The position numbers and the translations under genes were made by a program. A stretch of 58,057 nt of DNA, the filler included, from Squatina squatina (lineage: Eukaryota), in the NCBI GenBank assembly GCA_031763465.1. It is 3 parts of 3 records of this genome, joined end to end, with 100 filler letters (N's around TTAATTAATTAA, not from the genome) between each part and the next. Parts side by side here need not be neighbours in the genome. Positions count along the whole stretch, not along the records: positions 1 to 15,005 come from JARFOE010000016.1; positions 15,106 to 34,535 come from JARFOE010000192.1; 1 more part is not named here. The stretch is one strand, 5' to 3'. The notes under the pieces are model-generated. The model worked only from the letters and a program-made list of their open reading frames with translations. It did not search any database and was not told the origin of the DNA. This document shows positions 13,339 to 26,330 of this stretch, piece by piece. Within the stretch, counting starts at the first letter, position 1. Each line of letters opens with the position of its first letter.

Positions 13339-13512
13339 GGGGGAGATCTTGGCTTTGTGCCATAGTGTAAAACTGGCAACAGCAAGTCAACAGTCCATTT
13401 TACATCTCTTGCAATTTCTATTTCCATTGAAGTCAGTTGGGAGAAATGTAAAACAGGCCGCCAATTCTCTATCACCTGTTTTACACGACTGCACAAAGTG
13501 AAGATCTACTCC
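13339..13512. mobile_element. Palindromic MITE
   Basis: Left arm gatcttggctttgtgccatagtgtaaaactgg versus reverse complement of right arm gatcttcactttgtgcagtcgtgtaaaacagg; central tttccattgaagtca motif. Confidence 0.65.
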
Positions 13513-13514
13513 AT

Positions 13515-13682
13515 TGGTATTGTGCAGGCAAACTGCCAGCCAAATCAGCAAGGTCCTACAAATCAGCACATAGATGAATGTCCCAATAATCTGTTTTTGG
13601 TGGTGTTGGTTGAGGGAGGAATGTTGGCCAGGCCACCAGAACTTCCCTGTTCTACTCTGAATAGGACCATCAGAACTTTTAC
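13515..13682 (-). mobile_element. Deu-type (SacSINE1-like) SINE fragment
   Basis: ttggttgagggaggaatgttggccagg...agaact is near-identical to the motif at about 26118-26158. Confidence 0.55.
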
Positions 13683-14696
13683 ACTGAAAACATTTTCTAC
13701 ATCTCTTTGCAATCTGAAGCAAGCTTCGATAGCAATTCTAAATAGAAGCGTAGTGTGCAAGAGCAAAAAGGTTATGGTAAATTTGTAAAAGAGAATGGTT
13801 AAAGAAAGAATTTGCATTGATATAGTGCCTTTTACGACCTCCCCTCAATCTTCAAAGGATTACAAGCCAAATTTATGCAACCAATGTTCACAATTGAACC
13901 CTTGAAGCCCCAGTGACATTCTGGTGAACCTACACTGTACCCCTATCAAGGTCAATATATCCATTTTGCAGTACATTTCCCAAAACTGAACAGAGTGCTC
14001 CAATATATCATTCTTAATCATTGCCCAAACCACTATGTGAATTTGTAACATGTTGTAGTGAGGCATTGTGGATCAAGCTTCAGGCCATGATTTTACTGAC
14101 CTTGGCGGGTNNNNNNNNNNNNNNNNNNNNNNNNNNNNNNNNNNNNNNNNNNNNNNNNNNNNNNNNNNNNNNNNNNNNNNNNNNNNNNNNNNNNNNNNNN
14201 NNNNNNNNNNCTTCATGTGTGCTTTACCTTGAAACATTAAACAGAATGCTCAGTTTATCTCCTTTTATCAACATCTGTTTTTACATGCTTGTAAACTTAT
14301 GGTTTTTAAAACAGGATCTGAGATGTTGCTCTGGTCACAGTGCTTCCCCTGGTCTGGAAAACAGTAAGTGATTCTGACATTTTGTACAAACAGGAAGCAG
14401 TAAGTCAGTGGCTCACTCAACAAAACTGCCCCTGCCACGGATTAAAAAGAATTTATTTGCAAAACTTAAAAAAATTACAATATACATTTCCTTTGACTGT
14501 TTATTTTTTTAATTCCCCCTTTTAAATTATTTTGTGCTTTTTTAGTTTTCAAACCTATCAAGCTTTTACATTTTATGTCACGAGTTGCACTCTTTAAAAG
14601 CTGAGGTGTCACTTGGACAATGTGCAGACAGCAATTAAGTCTGAGAAAACATGGTGCTGTTTCATTTCCAAATCCATCCCATTTTTAACATTTTTC

Positions 14697-14705
14697 TTTC
14701 TCTCA

Positions 14706-14741
<36 letters not shown>

Positions 14742-14742
14742 C
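14697..14742. repeat. Compound microsatellite (CT)n(AT)n
   Basis: tctctcactctctctctctctctctctatatatatatatatatc seen directly. Confidence 0.9.
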
Positions 14743-15049
14743 TCATGCACCATTCTTTAGCCAAAAGTATGGGTAGTCGACCTGCTCTCAGTCCAGTGCC
14801 ACTGGGAGATTGACTCTCCTCTGTGAGGTCACCTATTCAAATATTCCAGTTAACCCAGAAAGCATTGCTGAACCTGGGAACTAGTTGTTTGGTAAACCAA
14901 GAGCAAAGTCCCATATCCTATCATAAATTGTCATGATATAGAAGGAAATAACCATCTGAACCATTGCGTTATCCTAAACAGTGCTATTTTACATGTTTCA
15001 TGCGTNNNNNNNNNNNNNNNNNNNNNNNNNNNNNNNNNNNNNNNNNNNN

Positions 15050-15061
15050 TTAATTAATTAA
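15050..15061. other. Synthetic scaffold spacer TTAATTAATTAA within gap
   Basis: Exactly 44 N + TTAATTAATTAA + 44 N; palindromic, with stops in all six frames. Confidence 0.9.
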
Positions 15062-15105
15062 NNNNNNNNNNNNNNNNNNNNNNNNNNNNNNNNNNNNNNN
15101 NNNNN

Positions 15106-15330
15106 TTGGAATTCTTTACCCCAGAGAGCTGTGAAGGCTGAGTCATTGAATATATTCAAGGCTGAGATAGACAGATTTTTGAGCAACAGGGGGAGTCAAA
15201 GGTTATGGGGAACAGGCAGGAAAGTGGAATTGAAGCCAAAGTCAGATCAGCCATGATCTCATTAAATGGCAGGATCAGGCTCGAGGGGCTGAATGTCCTA
15301 CTCCTGCTCCTATTTCTTACGTTCTTATGT
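15106..15330 (+). mobile_element. CR1 LINE 3' end
   Basis: ...attcaaggctgagatagacagattttt...agatcagccatgatctcattaaatggc...gctcgaggggctgaatg...ctcctatttcttacgttcttatgt terminal microrepeat. Confidence 0.8.
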
Positions 15331-16572
15331 TACTTAAATGCCAGCTATTGCTTGTCTACCATCTTACCTTTTAATGTAGTTTCCCAATCTACCTTAGACA
15401 ACTCATCCCTTATACCCACGTAATTTGCTTTATTTAGATTTAAGACCCTAGTTTTGGAAATGAAGTGAGAAGAGGGTTTCACTTCAGTATGATGTAACTG
15501 TAACTTTCAAGATGAATCATTTTGAAATAAAATTGCTAGAAACTGAGTCCATCACTTTCTAGCAGCAACTGATGCAAGTATTTTGTTGAGATTTTGATTG
15601 TAATGTCCATTTAGAATGAGTTTTGAGCAATTCCATTTGATCGGTGACAAGAAAATGATAAGATAAAGGTTGTGGTTTTATATAGGAAATAGGTAGAACT
15701 GACAATAAAAAAGGGAGACCAACAGATAAAATGATCCATTATAAAAATTTGGTACTTGTATAAAGTGATATCAATCAGGAAGTGACAATAAATGCTGACA
15801 ATAAATGATATAGGCTTACATCAGTTACAAATGTCCACGCTTAAAATATACACTGAAGTGCACTTTTCAATACTTTGAACTCTAAATCCTTAATTATTGC
15901 ACAAAAACATGGCCATAAGCCCCCAGAATTCATGCAGCACGGAAATACCAGAGTATTATGCCACATATGTATTTTAAAAACAGCAGTGGAGGCTAGAAAT
16001 TAAGAAAAAAAATAATAATTCAATTACATGACCGACAGTCTCGCTAAACAAACCGCATTTTTTTGTAGAATAGACCAGTCAACCATTTGCAATCAAACTA
16101 GCCAAACGTTGAATCAAAACCACATATAATTATGTGCAGTTCTCAAGAGAAAACTAAACAGCTTGGTCCTCATGTACTTTGCAAAGTAATTTAATTTAGG
16201 TAGGTAATAGATTCATAAAATAACGTCATATTAAGCATAAATCAATGAAAGGTATGCATTATTACTGACTAATATGCTTTGGATTTAGTTTGACCTTAGG
16301 ATGCATTGGCGGCAGTGAATTAATCATTATTACCTCAGTTATTTAAGCAATTCAGTAATTGTTGATATACTCTATGCTCCTTTTTTGATATTCCTGCAAC
16401 AGCACCAGTATTTATCTTTAACTCACGGAGACCTCCAATCCTTGTTGTGATCCAATATAAGAAAAAGAACAAGATGACATTGTTTACACATTTATTGAAA
16501 CCTTGAGCTACATGATGACTACAAAGCCACAACAACTTGTATTCATATAATTCATTTAATGTTTGAAAAAAT

Positions 16573-17820
16573 AGGGCGCCCAATTGGCACTCCGCGCTGG
16601 CGCTAAAATGGGTGTAGAACGGGCATTAGGGCTCTAACACCCGTTTTCGGTGCTCAATTAAATTTTGTGCAATTGGCCTCACTTTAGCTCCGGCACTAAT
16701 TGGGCGCTAACTCAGGAGCGCTGGAAACGTGGCGCTACGTGCAAAATGGCCTCCATGACATCATCAGAGGGCGCACTGCCCAAAATGGTCGCCCGACAAA
16801 GAATTGGCCTCAATTCTTTGGGCGCTAAATGGGCAGTGACAGCGCCTGGTTTTTTGGGGCGGTGACACCCGTGCTTTCTTTTCTATTAGGGCGCAAAATC
16901 ATTGTGCATCATTCCCCACCTTTCTTGATGCAAAAATCCCCATCTAGAGACCATAAAAAGCATTTCAATCATTGAGCGTGACTTGGAACGGCCATTTCTT
17001 TGAGTCTCGGTGATTTTGGATGACCTCTTGAAAAGTGCAAAAATCGGGCTATTTGGCCATGGGAGCCATCATTAATGGTGAAGTGGGGACGGAGGTGCAG
17101 GGATGGCTTCCTTTTGCAGCAGAGAGCCACGTCACAATGACAGTGACCGTTGCCTGACCTCTTCGATTTGTTACCATTCTGACTATTCGGACCTGGGGGG
17201 CATCTCTCATGTCGGGATGTCCCCCAACACCACATGGGGTAGATAAGGTACAGGTTTCACCTCCTCTTGGATGCTGGAGAGATGAGCGCACCCCAGGATG
17301 ATCCCAGGCAGTTTGCATCAGCAGCTGCCCACCATTATCATGCCCACCAACTCCCTCATTTGCCACACCCAGCCCTGCATTGTCCTTGGAGAGGTTAGAC
17401 AGGAAGATGACATCAACTGAGGTTTGATTGGACAATGGGTCAACAAGATAGAGCTTTGGGCATTGCCAAGATGTCCGGCTTCACAAGGGTCCAGGGTCCC
17501 ATCGAGTATGTCTGCCCATCCCCACAGGTGATTAGACTATCCCTCCTCGCCAACCAACGACCGATGCTGTGACTGACCCAAGCAGTGCTTGTGTCAGCAG
17601 AACGATGCCCTTTAAGGGCTGAGGTGGGCTGAGACCTTATAGCAGCTCCTTACATCGGACCAACAGTTGGGCAGCTGAAAAACCTAAGAGTCAACAGTTC
17701 CATTAGCGCCGGTTTTGAACATAGGTTTTGTTTTGTGCTGCCAAGAAATTTTTTAAGACGCCAATGCCCTGACGTAAAGGGACAGCTCTATTAGGGCGCT
17801 AAAATTACACCTATTGGCCC
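16573..17820 (+). mobile_element. PIF/Harbinger-derived element with transposase remnant
   Basis: GC-rich subterminal gggcgcta/tagcgcc repeats at both ends. Internal decayed frame QDRALGIAKMSGFTRVQGPIEY (about 17443-17510) resembles the HARBI1-type GF.xVxGxIDCTH motif. Confidence 0.55.
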
Positions 17821-17924
17821 CATATAGCCACTGACTATAAAAATGCCAACTGGGTGCCCTTAATGGAAAAATGAGTGATAACATTTTATTTTTCTATTTT
17901 TTAAACTATTACGCTGGTAAAAGA

Positions 17925-18147
17925 ATTTCCAGGGCATTCGCTGAGCAGAATTTGGGCAAATAACCCAACTCTCCACCCGTGGAGGCCCTTTTCTTTCAGA
18001 TTCATCCGATCTGTCAAGAGATTTCTTGACAGACCGCAAGTTCTGGGTTTCAGCACATGCGCACTGCATGGCTAACCTGGAACTTGCAGGGCCCTACAGG
18101 CGCATGTGCAATTTGTACGCGCCCATAGAGGCCGCAAATTCAGCCCC
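17925..18147. mobile_element. MITE-like element with internal hairpin
   Basis: Internal inverted repeat tctgtcaaga / tcttgacaga (18010-18032); terminus gcaaattcagcccc. Confidence 0.45.
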
Positions 18148-18559
18148 ATTGATAACCAGATATGATTAAGAAAAGTTTTCTCATTCATATCTTTGACATA
18201 TCCTTATCCAAAGTCTTGATTTCTTCAGCCTTTGAATTGTTTCTTTTGCTGTTGCAGTTAACCGGAAACTCAGATGCTTTAACTATTTTCTCCTTGATGT
18301 TATCTATTTCTTACATAAGCATTAGTTGTTGAAAGTTTTATGGTACCTATTTTAAGGCATTTCTTCCATCTCTGCTCGCCTCCCAAAATCTTTTTAAAAC
18401 TTCACATTACCTTTTCATTACTAGATACACCACTTACACCCACCCCCCCAAAAATGACTACTTTTTGGAAAAATGCACCAAAAATAAGCTCCATTTCGAG
18501 AGGAAGACTAAGTAATCACTTTCGGTGTACCCTCATGGGGAGTCAAAGAATACACTGTT

Positions 18560-18841
18560 ACAACTACGTAATCTTGAGGTCATCCAAAACTCGGCTGCCC
18601 GTGTCCTAACTCGCACCAAGTGCCGCTCACCCATCAGCCCTCTGCTCGCTGACCTACACTGGCTGCCAGTTAAGCAAAGCCTTGATTTTAAAATTCTCAT
18701 CCTTGTTTTCAAATCCCCCCAAAGTCTCAACCCCTCCCTATCACTGTAATCTCCTCCAGCCCCACATCCACTCCCCCCGCCTCGAGATCTCTGCGCTCCT
18801 CCAATTCTGCCCTCTTGAGCATCCCTGATTTTAAATCGCTG
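18560..18841 (+). mobile_element. L2-clade LINE 3' ORF2 fragment
   Basis: LEVIQNSAARVLTRTKCRSPISPLLADLHWLPVKQSLDFKILILVFKS is the QNxAAR...LHWLPV C-terminal motif of L2-type ORF2. Confidence 0.8.
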
Positions 18842-21800
18842 NNNNNNNNNNNNNNNNNNNNNNNNNNNNNNNNNNNNNNNNNNNNNNNNNNNNNNNNNNN
18901 NNNNNNNNNNNNNNNNNNNNNNNNNNNNNNNNNNNNNNNNNTAATATCTTGTCACGATACCCTGTAAAACTATCTGTTTGTTCTGTTCTGCAGAAGACAT
19001 TCAGTCCTCAAGAAGAGTCTAGACTGGAGCCATGTTTCGAGTCCCTGCACAAGGGCATATCTCTGGTTTCAGTGTGCTAATGGAAAAGGCTATTTTAGTG
19101 ACATTGATTGACTGCTGTGTTTCTTCAAATGGGCAAGTTCCAATATCTGGAAGAAAATGCATCATAACTAGTTCGAAGTGTAGTGCTGACAAAATGCTCA
19201 GCTGGGTGATCTCAATTCCAGCAGTGTGCCTTTCTGCACTGAACCTGTAGGAGGAGCAGCAATACCATGCTATAGTTCTTTGGTGAACAGTCACAAATGG
19301 TTCCTCTATTCCACCCAGACGAAACACCATTTCAAAAGTAGTCAGTATCTTGAGGCTCTCAAATAAACATATGGCAATATAGTGTGAACATTATATGCAA
19401 AGTCAAATAATTCCTGATTTATTTTATTCGTGCATTACCCCCAAGTTCAAACATAATGACAAAGTGAAAAGATATTCTACATATTGGAGAAATGGTCCAA
19501 TTAACACAGTGCCAATTGAATAATTGCTTTGTATCTACTTATGACCANNNNNNNNNNNNNNNNNNNNNNNNNNNNNNNNNNNNNNNNNNNNNNNNNNNNN
19601 NNNNNNNNNNNNNNNNNNNNNNNNNNNNNNNNNNNNNNNNNNNNNNNTTCCAAAAAATAAGTAAAAAGTTCCATTCTCTCATCACTTTGAACTTGCTATA
19701 ATTTACTACACTGTTAAAGTAATAGAAGCTATGGAATACATTACACAGAGAGTGACTGATGCAAGCGAAATGGACAAAAACACAGTTCATTCACATCACA
19801 GGAATTCACAGCTCAAGCAATACAGTCAACAGGAATTTGTCTTCAGTATTCCTTTCTTCAAGTAAACAAGGTTGAATGAGTTTAAGATTAACATTCTTTT
19901 GTAATGGTCCGGAATTTCCTGGAACGGTGAAGTTTGTGACCAGTTAGACTGTTGTGCATCCATGACCCTCCAGTGGCAAAATAATGCCAAGGTTTGCTGG
20001 AGATCAGATTTGAATCCGCCACAGCGAGGATAGTGGTGAACCAAAAGTGGCAGAGCCGATGGCCAATGAGTGACAGGCAATCAGGGCCACTTTGGTGAAA
20101 GATCAATCCTTGCTGTTCCAATGGCTGCTGCCAGTCACTCAGCTTTGTGATTGGTTCCCTCTGCTATCAGTTAACTGCCAGACCTGTGAACAGCTGTCAA
20201 TCAAAGAATCTTATAGCTGATTGGCCTGACCAAACCAACATGTCCCATAACAGCCAATTACTAGATGGTGTAAGGAAGATTAGTAAAGTAGGAAATTTCC
20301 AGATTGCGAGTTGGGGTAAATTTTCATTAAAAATTGTGTGTCTCACGACTAATTCACTAGTACTGTCAGTCTTCGTGAAGCTGGCAAGTTTACATTGGGA
20401 TTGCCATCAGGTGTGAAAAATATTGCCAGATATTGGCGATACAAGCACCTCACGAAGACCAATGTAAAAGCAGTTTGAGATTGCAGGCATTCTACAGAGG
20501 CTGCTTGCATTTCATATGCATAACCATAAAGCATAGACAGTGGTGCAATTAAATCCCTTTCCCCACAGTCTGGACTTCAGAGACCTTGGAGTATAAAGCA
20601 ATTTAAATTAGTTTAGTTGTGTATACAATTTAAGAGGTTGCAATTTCCACCCTTTTACATTTTGTATAATGGCTGGTAATCAATGATAGAATGATTAGCC
20701 TGCTAACACTTCTCAGTTGACTATTGAGCATTCTAATTACCTGCAGATTAATGGGCTGGGCTACTGATTTACATGTCAACTAGCCAAGTTTACTATCAGC
20801 TGATTAGAGAAAGAAAGCACCTTTATCCTTTAGTCTGGTTGTAAAGCTTTGAAATAGTCGCCCTGGGGCTCTGCTACTAATTCTAATTATCACCAGATTA
20901 TGGAGATAATAGAAGCTCCTGCTGTTAGGAATCTAATAGGTTTTTTTTTACCATTTTACTGCTTGCCTTTATTGGCAATGAAAGTTAGCATACACCCACA
21001 CGCATCCCCTCAGAATCCTGAAGGAAGAACATTCTTGGAAACACATGAACAGCACGAGGAGGTGTATGGAAAAATGTGAAATTTTGCTATTTTAGTTAGA
21101 GTTCTTTTCATCCCAGTTCGAACAATGCACTTAGTTTAGATAATGGAATGGTCTGATATGTGTGGCAACATGTATATGCTCAGTTGTGAAGGTTAGGGAA
21201 CCTCTGTTTCCGACAGATGTAACTGAAGTTCAAAGGTAACAGTTTCAATTGCATGTTTATTCTCCACAACTTGCTGAATTCATTACGGTTTTCATTCCAG
21301 TTCTATGAAGAGCATCTGAAATAAAGTCAGCAGGTGTAGTTCTGACATGTTCTGGCCAGCTGAAAGTCCAAAAGAAATCTCGGTTTCAGGATATTGATTT
21401 TATTTTAGATTTATGTAGGCATTGGCCCCGATTTCATCCACATGGAATTGATGTAAGATACCATATGATGCTACTTCAGCCACAAGCATTTCCATTTCCT
21501 CTGGTTTGTGCAATCCAAATACTTGAAAGGAACATTACGTTAGGCATGTTGATGAGCAAACCACAATAGGTTCTGCTTTATTCCTTTGCATCCATTCTTT
21601 TTGTTAAAACAGTTGCATTTTGTTTTATTAGATGTGGTAATTTTTTATTTTGTTGTCTGAGAACTGAACAAGCACTAAAGACAACAATCCCAAAGAACAA
21701 AGGGAAATTTCTGGAAACAATGTTAAGTGTGCATTGTTCTGCTGGCTTCATTGATCAAATTGTAGAATGTCACAGGAATGTAACAAAAATGGAAAACAGC

Positions 21801-23941
21801 CATGTGGAAACAATGTGTTCATGATGAAGATTTCTGTAACATGGTGGGGACAGATGATGTGATCTTAATATTAGCACCAGAAACCTTATACAAGGCAGCA
21901 CATGGCTGAAGATTGTTTGGAATTAGTCAGCAATGGTACTGGACAGTTCTTCACTTCTTCTCTCACAATTTATTTCCAGTATACGTGACTTGTTAGATAA
22001 ATGGATGAAAAACGTTGGTGCTGTTGAATAGCAGTTCAATCTGCTATCCAGTCGATAGGATCAGATGATTTTGCAAATTTCTAGAACAATGCTCATCCAA
22101 TTTATAATTCCATCTGAAATCTAAGGTTGAAACAGAGTATTTAACTCAATTCTACATGTTAATTAATTGAAAGAATTTATGTAAGATATAACATTAATTT
22201 TTTTTTCCGATCAGCTTGACTGAGAGCAGTGCCTCGGCTGAATCAGTGAAGTGCTGGCAAAAGGATAATAAAACTATAGGGCTGATTTGGTAGTCAGGTG
22301 TTCCTGACCTGGAACAGTGCTCCCAGGGAGTACTGGCCAGTGGTAAAAATAATTATTCCGCCCATTAATTCCAATGCATGTGTAATCAAGCCCACAACTT
22401 ACCAGCAATTGTTTCCTGCAGGCTTGTGCCGGGTCGATAGTGCCNNNNNNNNNNNNNNNNNNNNNNNNNNNNNNNNNNNNNNNNNNNNNNNNNNNNNNNN
22501 NNNNNNNNNNNNNNNNNNNNNNNNNNNNNNNNNNNNNNNNNNNNAAATAAACCAATTATTATTAACTCAGTACGTTGATGAACAGAAATGATTGTTGCTG
22601 AAACTTTTCTACCTGATGTACACATGTTGGATTAATGAATGCACGACTACATTAGGTCTTCTTATCGTGAGTAGAATCCATGCGAAGTATCGATCGTTAG
22701 CTAATTCCGTTATGCAGAAGTATTTGTAATATGAAGCAAAGAGCAACTTCAAATAAAACATTTTATTAATCTGCAAATTTGAAAGAACACATTTTAGAAT
22801 CAAACAAAATGGGGAGACAAAGGGGGCTGGTCTGAGTTACTTTTCTTCTATATAAATTGCTGCTTGCTATCCACCTTGCAGTCGAGCAACGTCGACTATA
22901 ATTTTCAAATACCATCTGGACAGGTGTAAGCTGCCACGGCTCTGATTTCAGGAACGCCTCACACATGACTCTCAAAGCAAGTCAGTCTTTTTCTGTACTC
23001 ACTGTGGGGAAAAAAAATGCATTCTTATATTGAATCGAAAGAATGAAACATTTATAATTCTGCAGATGTCAAAGTGCTCCTGCCAACAATTCTCTTCAGT
23101 CAGCCAATTTATAAATAGATATATACATATATACATAGTATAATACATTATTACACAGAGTTAAGTGTATTCATTACCTTTCAACCAAAAGAAACGAGAA
23201 TCTTGTCTTTATCTCCTCTCATTTCAGTGGATCACTGGGAGCTTTTGAGATGCACATATCCCTCTAATGACTTAATCGCCTCATTAGGTAAGCTACAAAG
23301 GAAACTGGCAAAAGAGAAGAGGGTTAATTTTCCATCTGATTCCCATGTCACTGTAGCAAAGCAAGGATTCTGGTACAGCTGAAGCCCTTCTCTAAAGATG
23401 ATTCTGCAGATAAAGAGTTAAGATTAAAGAAACAATCTCCGAGAGCAGGAAATGCCAGGTGACTAAGAAGGTCACTTTTTGAAATCTGTACCTTATTTTA
23501 TCAACAAAGTTGGCTCAAGCAGACGGTATAGATATGAACTACTTCGAAAAATCCCCAATTTACCTTTGTGTCTGCATGAAACATGACGAGGCAACATTGG
23601 TTTAAATTCTGTAAAGTTCCCATGACTGAGGCACAGAAATGGTATTTGTTGTTTTGTTCAGCCGGGTTGACTCTTTCATGTTCACCTGTTTTGTTGGTGA
23701 GGGAAAATGAAAGGTTTCCAAATGTAGCTCAATTACAGCCATGCAGGTTTGTAATCTAGGACGTAAACACTAAAGTGGATCCGAGGAAAGATTAAATACA
23801 TGTGAACCACTACAGCACAGCCTCAATAGTTTAAAAATGAGNNNNNNNNNNNNNNNNNNNNNNNNNNNNNNNNNNNNNNNNNNNNNNNNNNNNNNNNNNN
23901 NNNNNNNNNNNNNNNNNNNNNNNNNNNNNNNNNNNNNNNNN

Positions 23942-24112
23942 TTTTGAACTGGCATAAAACTGGCATTGCGGATTGGCCACCCGTTATAGAAACCATCCTA
24001 TTTTAATTTCCATTGATAGCAATAGAAATTAAACTCAGACTGTTTTTATAATGGGCGGCTGATCCACAGTGCCAACTATACACCTGTGCAGACAGAAAGT
24101 TGAAAATCTACT
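23942..24112. mobile_element. Palindromic MITE (related to 13339-13512)
   Basis: Left ggattggccacccgttatagaaacc...ttaatttccattg pairs with reverse complement of right ggatcagccgcccattataaaaac...ttaatttctattg. Confidence 0.65.
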
Positions 24113-25817
24113 TGAATGCACTCCAACTTTCACCCACTGAATAAAGCAGTCACCTACTTCTTATTGTCTCAGTTCAGAGGTTTTTTCCTCTGTAGCGTAC
24201 AGACTAAAACAGAGCATACTACTTATTTTCACTTTAAAATACCACTTACAAAAGTTTACTTTTATTTAAGGCCACCAACAGCCCTCAAAATAGAGAATTA
24301 ATCTGTTGGTTTGTTTTGTGTCAATGCATTTTATAAACTTCTGGATATTTAACAATGTGGATTAAAATTCAAGAAATGTACCAAAGCAGACAATAGTCCA
24401 CAAAAGGCTCCCTGTCACAACAATCTCTGTTGGAAGACTATTGGGAATGGTTATTGAGGTTGTCATGTTAGTTTTTATGCGAGAGAACAATTGGCATTCA
24501 CACCGCATTATGCCTGGCAAAATACTTGGCTCCCAAGCAGTTGTTTTGGTCAGCTAAAATAAGGACAATAACAGTCAGTGACTAAATTTATTGTCATTTT
24601 TGCCAAATAAATGTCTTACAAAAATTTAACAATAAAAGTAAAATATGTATTAAAGAAATGAGACTAAAACTAAAATTGCAACGATGATTGCAACTGTTAA
24701 CTTCAGCTGGAGGTGCAAACGGGCGGGCATGGGTTGGCTGTGCTTTATACACCTCGCCCAGTTTTCTTTTCTATTGAACATGATGAAAGGGAAGACCGGG
24801 CGGGGTGNNNNNNNNNNNNNNNNNNNNNNNNNNNNNNNNNNNNNNNNNNNNNNNNNNNNNNNNNNNNNNNNNNNNNNNNNNNNNNNNNNNNNNNNNNNNN
24901 NNNNNNNTTCACTCTTCTTGCTTTCTTTGATTGCTTTTTATACCTTTTCCTTACACCTGTTGGTCCAAGTACTGCATCACAAAACATTGCCAGTCGTAAT
25001 GAGAAAAAATTGCACGTGTTACAACTAATGTCAGTGAAAACTGTAAAGATCAGGCTGTAGTATACACCTGAACCATCAAAGACACAACTACTAGCTTTTA
25101 CCTTCTAAAATAGTCCAGTATTGCCTCCTCTATCCCCGGTATCAACTCAATATAAGTGCTGTAAGGTGAATGGCCTATAGTTAGTATCAGCATTTTTATT
25201 CTAAACCAATCTGTATGCCATTTCTCAATCTATTAGTTTCTTTGTTCTGTTTTTTTTGGGCCACATCATTGCTAAGCACGTGGCTGCACAAAGCATCTGT
25301 TTACATTAGTACTGTAATTGCAGTGATAATAAGGTCATTGATTTAGTATCTGAGGAAATAATCAGTCAGAGCACAGCATTTGTCTTACTTTATTTGACAG
25401 TTGGCCTTCTCCTCTGAATGGAAATGTCAGTTCCTTCCCATTGTCCTTTTAGAGTAGGCCTTGGCTATAGAATGTTTGTCCTGCCAGGAAAAGTATGACT
25501 GATAGTATGGGGACAAACACAGGTACAGCAGTGGCCCATGGCTGACACACTTAGAAGAAAACAAACCAAAGCATTGATTTGTTTACCTGGCGACAATAGA
25601 ACTTGCTCTGTGTTACTAGGTTATATGCTAGGCATTTCTGTACAGCAGATGATTATTTGCTAAGCTGTTAATTTCTCAATCAGGAGTGAAAAGCGAAGGG
25701 CATCAGTATAATGGGGGCAAGTGGAAGATTAAATTAACACTAAATGGAGAGGTGAAGTCAGTATCAGCAAATGCCTTCTCCTTCACCTCCCGCTCACATC
25801 ATAGTAACCACAATCAG

Positions 25818-25930
25818 AAGTTCAAGAAGGCGGCTCATCACCACCTTCTCAAGAGCAACTAGGGATGGGCAATAAATGCTGGCCTCGCCAGCGATGCCCA
25901 CATCCCAGGAACAAATTTTTAAAAAAAAAG
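25818..25930 (+). mobile_element. 3' tail of the tRNA-type SINE/LINE family seen at 39394-39798
   Basis: ttcaagaaggcggctcatcaccaccttctcaag...agggatgggcaataaatgctggcc...cccacatccc is shared with 39693-39780. Confidence 0.7.
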
Positions 25931-25949
25931 CACTTTAAGAATACTTTTA

Positions 25950-26330
25950 AAGAAAAGAAAGACTTGTATTTATATAGAGCCTTAGCGCGTCTCAGAAGTG
26001 TCTTAAATGATTTATCATTTTTTAATTTATTTTTTAGGCAAACATGACAGCAGCCAATGTGTGCACAACATGATCCCACAAGCAACATCAAAATGAATGA
26101 TATTAATCTGTTTTTGTTTGGTTGAGGGATGAATGTTGGCCAGGACACTGGGAGAACTCACTGCTCTTCTTTGAATACTACCATGGAATCTCTAACATCT
26201 TGAATCCAAAGAATGGCACCTCTAACAATGCAACACTCCCTAAGTAATGCACTACGTTGTCAGCATTAGATTATGTGTTCCATCCATAGCATGGAATTGG
26301 AACTCACAACCTTTGGACTCATGATTCAAC
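25950..26330 (-). mobile_element. Deu-type (SacSINE1-like) SINE
   Basis: The reverse complement of the 26220-26325 end matches the head seen at 35225-35354; tail cttgtatttatatagagcctt. Confidence 0.6.

Noticed and set aside
19019-19330. 103-aa minus-strand ORF with an acceptor-like site near 19246
   Set aside because: No recognisable family and no linked exons; cannot be supported.
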